This document shows, in pieces, positions 25,143 to 27,813 of a DNA stretch of 27,813 bases; position 1 is the first letter of the stretch, and each line of letters opens with the position of its first letter. A model generated the notes under the pieces. The model saw nothing but the letters and a program-made list of their open reading frames with translations. It did no database searches and had not been told where the DNA came from. This DNA is from Armatimonadia bacterium (GTDB taxonomy: Bacteria > Armatimonadota > Zipacnadia > Zipacnadales > UBA11051), in assembly GCA_039683575.1 (NCBI GenBank), contig JBDKRC010000116.1:1-27813 (forward strand). Reading direction: 5' to 3'. Both the position numbers and the translations under genes were made by a program.

Positions 25143-26831
25143 TCAGTCGACGGGCGGGTACTGTTTCGCCAACTCGGCGGCGGCGGCCTTTGTGGCGGTC
25201 CAGTCGCCGGTTTCATTCTGGACGGGCTTGACGATCACGTTGTAGTCGAGAGTCTCCCCGGCCTTCATCGCGCGGGCGGTATTGGCCTGGTAGTAGAACT
25301 TGTGGTAGCGCGCCAGGTCCCAGATCATGGCGCGGCTGCCGGGGCCGGAGATGACCTTGGGGGTGTAGCAGAGGATACCGAGGCTCATGTTGGGCTCGTA
25401 CTGGGCGACCCAGCGGGTGTCCTTGTTGACCTCGAAGTGGGGAACCCCATTGTCCTCGTTGCTGTCCAGGACGCCCTCGGCGAAGGTGTCGTCGGGGAGC
25501 TGGGCGATCCACTTGGTGGTCGTGGGTACGAAGCAGTGCATGAAGTAGTAGAGGAGACTGAGTTCGAGGTCTTCGGTGGCTTCGAGACGGGTGCGCTCGA
25601 AGATGTTATCATCGGTGACAGTGACCTCGGAGTGGCACTTGAACTTCCAGATGGTGGATTCCTTTTCGATGGTAAGCTTGCTGCCAGTGACGGTGGTGTC
25701 CACTTTGATGGGCTGCTCCTTGCCGTCAACGGTGAGCTTGAGGGAATGGACGACCTCTGCGCCACCCTCGGTGTGGCCGGTGCCCCAGAATCTGCCACCC
25801 TTGGGGACCATGACCGTGCCGTAGAAGCCGCGCTGGTGGCTGAGTTCCTTGCCGTTGTACTCGATCTTGTAGATGGTCCAGGCCTGGCGGGCGGACATGG
25901 GGACGGTGAACTTGGCGGTCTTGAGAGTGAGCAGGCCGTCTTCAGGGACGCCCTCGCCGTAGACCTTGGGCTGGGCCGGGGTGGCCGGGCCGGTGGCGAT
26001 GGTCTGCGGGAAACGGTTCTCAAGGCCCTTGGCAACGGTCTGGGCCTGCTGCTCCCAGGCCTCGGGAGTGGCGGAGAAGAACTGCACGACCATGGGGAGA
26101 TCAAGCTTGGTGCCGGCGGGGATGGTGCCGCTCAGGGGCTGGGCGAAGAGCTTGTGATAGCTCTTCTGGTCCCAGAAGGTGACGAAGCCTCGGCCCGTGG
26201 GGGGCTGGGGGAAGTAGGCGATGGCGCCCTTCTGGGTGGCGGGATCGTACTGGGCGAGCCAGCGCAGGGAACGCGTGGGCTTCTGGCCGCCGTCGGCGGA
26301 GAATTCGCCACGCAGCAGGTCGCCCTCCAGCGGGCGGGCGAGCCAGTTCTTGGCTTCGGGGTTGAAGGAGTAGATGAAGGCATAGAAGCTGACCGGGCGG
26401 ATTTCCTCAGTGAATTCGAACTGATGGCGCTGGATGATGATGTCTTTTTCGAAGGTTGTGTCCGCTATGTGTTTGACGGACTGCAGCGTGGATTCCTTGT
26501 GGGTCTCGATCCTGTTACCAGTGACTGTGTAGGGCACTGGCGGCTTATTGTCGCCTGTGAGAGTCTCAGCGGCAAGGTTGTCGCCCTTCACGGTGAAGGT
26601 GGACACCTTCTCGGTGTCACCGTTGACGGAGCCGATCCACTCGGTGCCGCCGACGCTGTACACAGCGCCCTGTCCGCCGGCAGGCATGATCATCTTGGCG
26701 CCCTGGTAGTTGACTTCGGTGATGGTCCAGCCTGCTCTGGCTGTCATCGTGGCCACCAGATCAGGCGTGTTGACGGTGAGTTGCCCCGTGGGAGTGGCCA
26801 TGAGGATAGAGGCGAGTAACCAGTGAAGCAT
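25143..26831 (-). CDS. Hypothetical, probably exported protein built from two tandem homologous beta-rich domains
   Basis: Start reassigned to ATG 26831 (MLHWLLASILMA) downstream of AAGGAG. The internal duplication is visible in the translation, with a P/A-rich linker TIATGPATPAQP. Confidence 0.7.
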   Translation of the reverse strand: MLHWLLASILMATPTGQLTVNTPDLVATMTARAGWTITEVNYQGAKMIMPAGGQGAVYSVGGTEWIGSVNGDTEKVSTFTVKGDNLAAETLTGDNKPPVPYTVTGNRIETHKESTLQSVKHIADTTFEKDIIIQRHQFEFTEEIRPVSFYAFIYSFNPEAKNWLARPLEGDLLRGEFSADGGQKPTRSLRWLAQYDPATQKGAIAYFPQPPTGRGFVTFWDQKSYHKLFAQPLSGTIPAGTKLDLPMVVQFFSATPEAWEQQAQTVAKGLENRFPQTIATGPATPAQPKVYGEGVPEDGLLTLKTAKFTVPMSARQAWTIYKIEYNGKELSHQRGFYGTVMVPKGGRFWGTGHTEGGAEVVHSLKLTVDGKEQPIKVDTTVTGSKLTIEKESTIWKFKCHSEVTVTDDNIFERTRLEATEDLELSLLYYFMHCFVPTTTKWIAQLPDDTFAEGVLDSNEDNGVPHFEVNKDTRWVAQYEPNMSLGILCYTPKVISGPGSRAMIWDLARYHKFYYQANTARAMKAGETLDYNVIVKPVQNETGDWTATKAAAAELAKQYPPVD

Positions 26832-26896
26832 GAGTGGTGGGTCTCCTTCGGGTATACATTCTATGGCGGAGCGACGTCTGCTGTAGCGAGGTCTGC

Positions 26897-27003
26897 TGTA
26901 GGGCGGGGGCTCCGTACCCCGCCGGCCGTTGTCTGCGACCAACCAGCGCCAGATCGGCGAAGCGGTGTCTGCACCGCAGGGGGTACGGAGCCCCCGCCCT
27001 ACA
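26897..27003. repeat. REPIN-like doublet: two GTAG-type REPs in inverted orientation
   Basis: TGTAGGGCGGGGGCTCCGTACCCC (26897-26920) and its perfect reverse complement at 26980-27003, 59 bp apart. Confidence 0.85.
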
Positions 27004-27029
27004 CCAGAGGCTTGTCAATTCCCCGCCGC

Positions 27030-27058
27030 TTGACCATTACCTGCAAGATGCCTATGCT
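27030..27058 (+). promoter_or_regulatory. Probable sigma70-type promoter of the aldolase gene
   Basis: TTGACC (27030-27035), 17-nt spacer, TATGCT (27053-27058); RBS GGAGG at 27101-27105. Confidence 0.45.
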
Positions 27059-27111
27059 GCTGTGGTAGATGATTGTTGCGCCGCCTGAGTTCCTCTAGAG
27101 GGAGGTTTGCT

Positions 27112-27813
27112 ATGCAACTGGGTAAGGCAATTCGGATGGAGCGGATTACGAACCGGCAGACGGGGCGGACGGTGATTGTGCCGCTGGACCATGGGGTGAC
27201 TGTGGGGCCGATTGCGGGTGTGGTGGATCTACCCTCGACAGTGGACAAGATTGCGACGGGTGGAGCGGATGCGGTGCTGGGTCATGTGGGGCTGCCGCGG
27301 CTGGGACATCGCGGATATGGGAAGGATATAGGGCTTATTCTGCACCTGTCGGCCAGCACGGCGCTAGCGCCGGACCCGAACCATAAGGTGCTGGTGAGCA
27401 GCGTTGAGCGAGCGATACGCTATGGGGCGGATGCGGTGTCCATTCATGTGAATCTGGGCGCTGAGGATGAGAGCGTGATGCTGCACGACTTCGGCCAGGT
27501 CGCGATGGATTGTGAAGCGTGGGGCATGCCGTTGGTGGCGATGGTCTACACGCGTGGGGCGAAAATCAAGCATGAGTATGACGTAGAGGTTGTGAAGCAT
27601 GCGGCGCGCGTGGGGGCGGAGCTTGGGGCCGATATCGTGAAGGTGGTATATACCGGCAGCCCGGAGAGCTTCCGCCAGGTGGTAGAAGGGGCGGGAGGCA
27701 ACCTGCCTGGCGGGATCAAGGTCGTGATCGCGGGCGGAGAGAAGATGGAGACCGACGCGCAGGTGCTGGAGATGGTGGCCGGGGCCATGGAGGCGGGAGC
27801 AGCGGGGGTTTCG
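27112..27813 (+). CDS. DhnA-type class I aldolase, most like 2-amino-3,7-dideoxy-D-threo-hept-6-ulosonate (ADH) synthase; 3'-truncated by the window edge
   Basis: Not in the ORF track because there is no stop in the window. Manual translation: [12 protein letters not shown]...[13 protein letters not shown]...[11 protein letters not shown]...[10 protein letters not shown]...[12 protein letters not shown]...[13 protein letters not shown]...[20 protein letters not shown]...VVIAGG...GAAGVS. Confidence 0.85.
   Translation, partial: MQLGKAIRMERITNRQTGRTVIVPLDHGVTVGPIAGVVDLPSTVDKIATGGADAVLGHVGLPRLGHRGYGKDIGLILHLSASTALAPDPNHKVLVSSVERAIRYGADAVSIHVNLGAEDESVMLHDFGQVAMDCEAWGMPLVAMVYTRGAKIKHEYDVEVVKHAARVGAELGADIVKVVYTGSPESFRQVVEGAGGNLPGGIKVVIAGGEKMETDAQVLEMVAGAMEAGAAGVS

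Noticed and set aside
25182-25192. 11-nt match GGCGGCCTTTG to the middle of the spacer
   Set aside because: Outside the seed, flanks do not match, and a short GC-rich match is expected by chance.

Overview
GC-rich bacterial genomic window. In order it carries: two secreted carbohydrate-active/binding proteins, an iorA-iorB-paaK operon with a sigma70-like promoter, an orphan FHA-GAF histidine kinase, and a type I-E CRISPR interference module (cas3-cas8e-cas11/cse2-cas7-cas5-cas6e) with no cas1/cas2. After that come a large secreted hypothetical protein, a SAM methyltransferase, a GT2 glycosyltransferase, a probable six-hairpin glycosidase, a Gfo/Idh/MocA oxidoreductase, an internally duplicated hypothetical protein and a 3'-truncated DhnA/ADH-synthase-type aldolase missed by the ORF track. 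The most notable spot lies just after cas6e. Where cas1-cas2 and the leader normally sit, there is a 6 x 21-bp tandem array derived from a palindromic REP-like element. It is followed by a single-spacer mini-CRISPR whose two degenerate repeats keep the exact 61-nt type I-E register. A 28-bp perfect inverted repeat brackets this mini-array plus the next gene. The + strand also flips from strongly C-rich to strongly G-rich across the end of the cas operon, independent of gene direction. Several REP/REPIN-like palindrome families occupy the intergenic gaps. All product calls come from motif recognition by eye, not database searches.
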